Positions 61,891-64,000 of a stretch of DNA of 64,000 bases are shown here, one piece after another; position 1 is the stretch's first letter, and each line of letters starts with the position of its first letter. The notes beneath the pieces were generated by a model that worked only from the letters and a program-made list of their open reading frames with translations, was not told the DNA's origin and made no database searches. This DNA comes from Amoebophrya sp. A120 (lineage: Eukaryota; Protista; Dinoflagellata): NCBI GenBank assembly GCA_905178155.1, contig CAJINV010000005.1, forward strand, positions 1,986,054 to 2,050,053, given 5' to 3'. The position numbers and the translations under genes were made by a program.

Positions 61891-62119
61891 CCTGGTAGTG
61901 GATGTTGAAATGAAATTGAAACCTCCAACCGGTGTTCTTGGAAAAAAATTCTACACCACGAATTTCAACAAACCGTGGTGGATCTCCTCGCTGACGTTGA
62001 CTAGAAGAGTTTCATCCGGTGAAGATGGTACAACTAGTAGCTTCTAAAATTGTAGAACACTGTCGCTCGAAGGTGTAGCTCGAAGGTGTCGCTGGTGAGG
62101 GTGGACCGCCGTCGTAGTC

Positions 62120-63289
62120 GTGCCGCTGGTCAGCTTAGCTTTCACGAGAGGTGGAGGACAGTGGTAGCTGCAGGTCGACGTTCCCGGGGGCGTGGTTAGC
62201 TTTCAGGGGGAAGGGGAGGGGATTCTCCTGGGGGCGAAAACTCTGCAGGCGCAGGGCTTTTGAGTGCGCCGGAGCCCCCTGGAGGAAGACAAAGGCGTGA
62301 CAGCGGCCCGCCCCAGGCCCCTGGAGAAGGAGAAGCACCGGGAAACCGAAAGAACACCCGGGGCGAGCCCACCCTGGGAGGGGACGAGCCCTCCAGGGTG
62401 TTCCCAATTTGCGAGCACCCCCCCAAGTTGCGAGCCTTAAGGGCGGCCGCTCGTCATTCTAGCTACGCCCCACTCTATTTCTAGTTACGCCGCCAAGGCG
62501 GTGGGGCTGCTTTCGACGGAGCCCACAGGGCCGCAGCTGCGGAAGCTGCGCGACAAAAAACCTGGCCAGCCAGGCAGGTGCAACCAGCCCAGGGGGACTA
62601 GGCGCACTGTGTGTGATGGCCATTCCTTCGGGGCAGCGAGAAAAGGCGCCGCTTTCTTTGCGCAGGGCGGCGGGGGCATCCACACGAGGAGGGGCCTCCG
62701 CCGCGAGGCAAAACGGGGTAGCCCAAACAAAGCGCAAAGCCATCCCGGGCACCGTGGCCGGGCCGGAGCTGCTAGTTCGCCTGCACCTGCGGGCGCAGCA
62801 GCGCGCAGCGCGCCACCCTCAGTCAGACAAATAAGCCCTTTCCCTCCCACGGCTGCGCCCCCTTTTCCCAGGAACGAGCGCCACGTCCCGCGCTACCACA
62901 CAGACACGGGTTGCTCGGCGCTAGTTTCTCCACAGGGGGCGAGGGAAGCCAGCAGCGCTGGCGAGCTCTGTGGCGCAAGCTCGGGGCGAGCCGACCCGCG
63001 CGCGGGGCAATGGGGGCGATTTTGTACTAGTAAGCTTTCTCCTAGTAAACTCTCTACTAGTACGCTTACTAGTAGTTTTTTTCCTTCCGTGTCACGTTAA
63101 ACTTACTAGTAACGTTGTTCACTAGTAAAATTCTTGGATTTTCCTTACTAGTAAGATTTTACTAGTAGAAATCGGGCCATGCGTCAATCACTTTCCTTGC
63201 CGTATAGTATATAGGGTATTGTGCCGCTGGTCAGCTTAGCTTTCACGAGAGGTGGAGGACAGTGGTAGCTGTAGGTCGACGTTCCCGGG
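62120..63289. repeat. 69-bp direct repeat pair (62120-62188 and 63221-63289) enclosing a GC-rich segment and an ACTAGT-rich tract
   Basis: GTGCCGCTGGTCAGCTTAGC...GACGTTCCCGGG occurs twice with one mismatch. Confidence 0.9.
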
Positions 63290-63344
63290 TTACTTGGGTA
63301 AGGCCCGCAGCATCTGTGAAACTTTTAATCGCGCGGCAAATTCT

Positions 63345-63710
63345 TTGTTTTAAGCCTTAAAGTGCCTAATCTAGGAAATCGCGTTCATAAGGTTTAAGCA
63401 TTAGAACGCCTAATCTAAGAAGTCGCAATTTAAGCACTCGAGCGCTTAAACTCACGGAAACGCAGATTGCAGCAATTTGCTCTAGCAAATTTCAAATTTG
63501 TCCACACAGCTTCAAAGATAGCCAGTCAATTAGCCATTCGAATGCTTAAAATGACTGCTTATTTTCAAGCAGTTAAGCACTCGAATGGCTAAACTGATTA
63601 TTTGTCTGTGAAGTTGCGTGAACAAATTTGAATTTGCCCAGCAGAGCAAATCTCAGACGCAGATTGCAATCTGTGTTTCCGTGAATTTAAGCACTCGAAT
63701 GCCTAAACGC
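63345..63710. repeat. Degenerate repeats of TTAAGCACTCGAATG(C/G)CTAAA and ACGCAGATTGCA
   Basis: Several imperfect copies, some inverted. Confidence 0.65.
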
Positions 63711-64000
63711 TATATCTACCCCGAGCGCGAGTGCTGTTGGTGTTGCTCGAGAGACAAAGAGCTCTCGCACCATGGGAAACAAAAGCTCCGCCGGTGCAAG
63801 AGCGCAGAGCCTGCCAAAGCGTCCCGCGGCGCTTTTGTCAAGTGCCCGCCCGGCGCAAAACCGCCGTGGGCGTCGTGATCCCCCCAGATCGCGACGCCTG
63901 GGGCAATTTGCCCCATTGGGCCCCCTGCGGGCTTCGATGCACAATGCTGCAGCGCGGCGCGGGCGCCTGGCGCGCGAGGGCGAGGAGGCGAATTCAAGAG

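Overview
Eukaryotic, intron-rich DNA. All identifiable genes lie on the minus strand: mitochondrial-type Lon protease, PTH2, CFAP206, an SRPK-like kinase, a DOLPP1/PAP2-like phosphatase, a CCCH-like + ERI-type DEDDh exoribonuclease, and several hypothetical membrane or secreted proteins. The reading frames are interrupted by about 35 non-autonomous elements, mostly 200-360 bp, from several terminal-inverted-repeat (TIR) families. They share TAT...ATA termini, 5-bp target-site duplications (TSDs) and internal CAT(C/G)ACA motifs. Removing an element plus one TSD restores the protein frame, and in the cases checked no GT-AG boundary is possible, so these are non-canonical 'introner' introns. This architecture matches what is described for the parasitic dinoflagellate Amoebophrya (taxon is my inference). 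The most novel signal is a second-level element: two diverged copies of a ~265-nt, apparently structured sequence, each inserted at a TGTCATG motif inside an introner, each carrying an internal segment complementary to that target. Other points of interest are a MULE-like element nested in an introner, a chimeric introner, micro-exons of 8-29 nt, and a GT-AG intron with introner relics. All coordinates were read by eye and splice models are inferred from frame restoration, not from transcripts.
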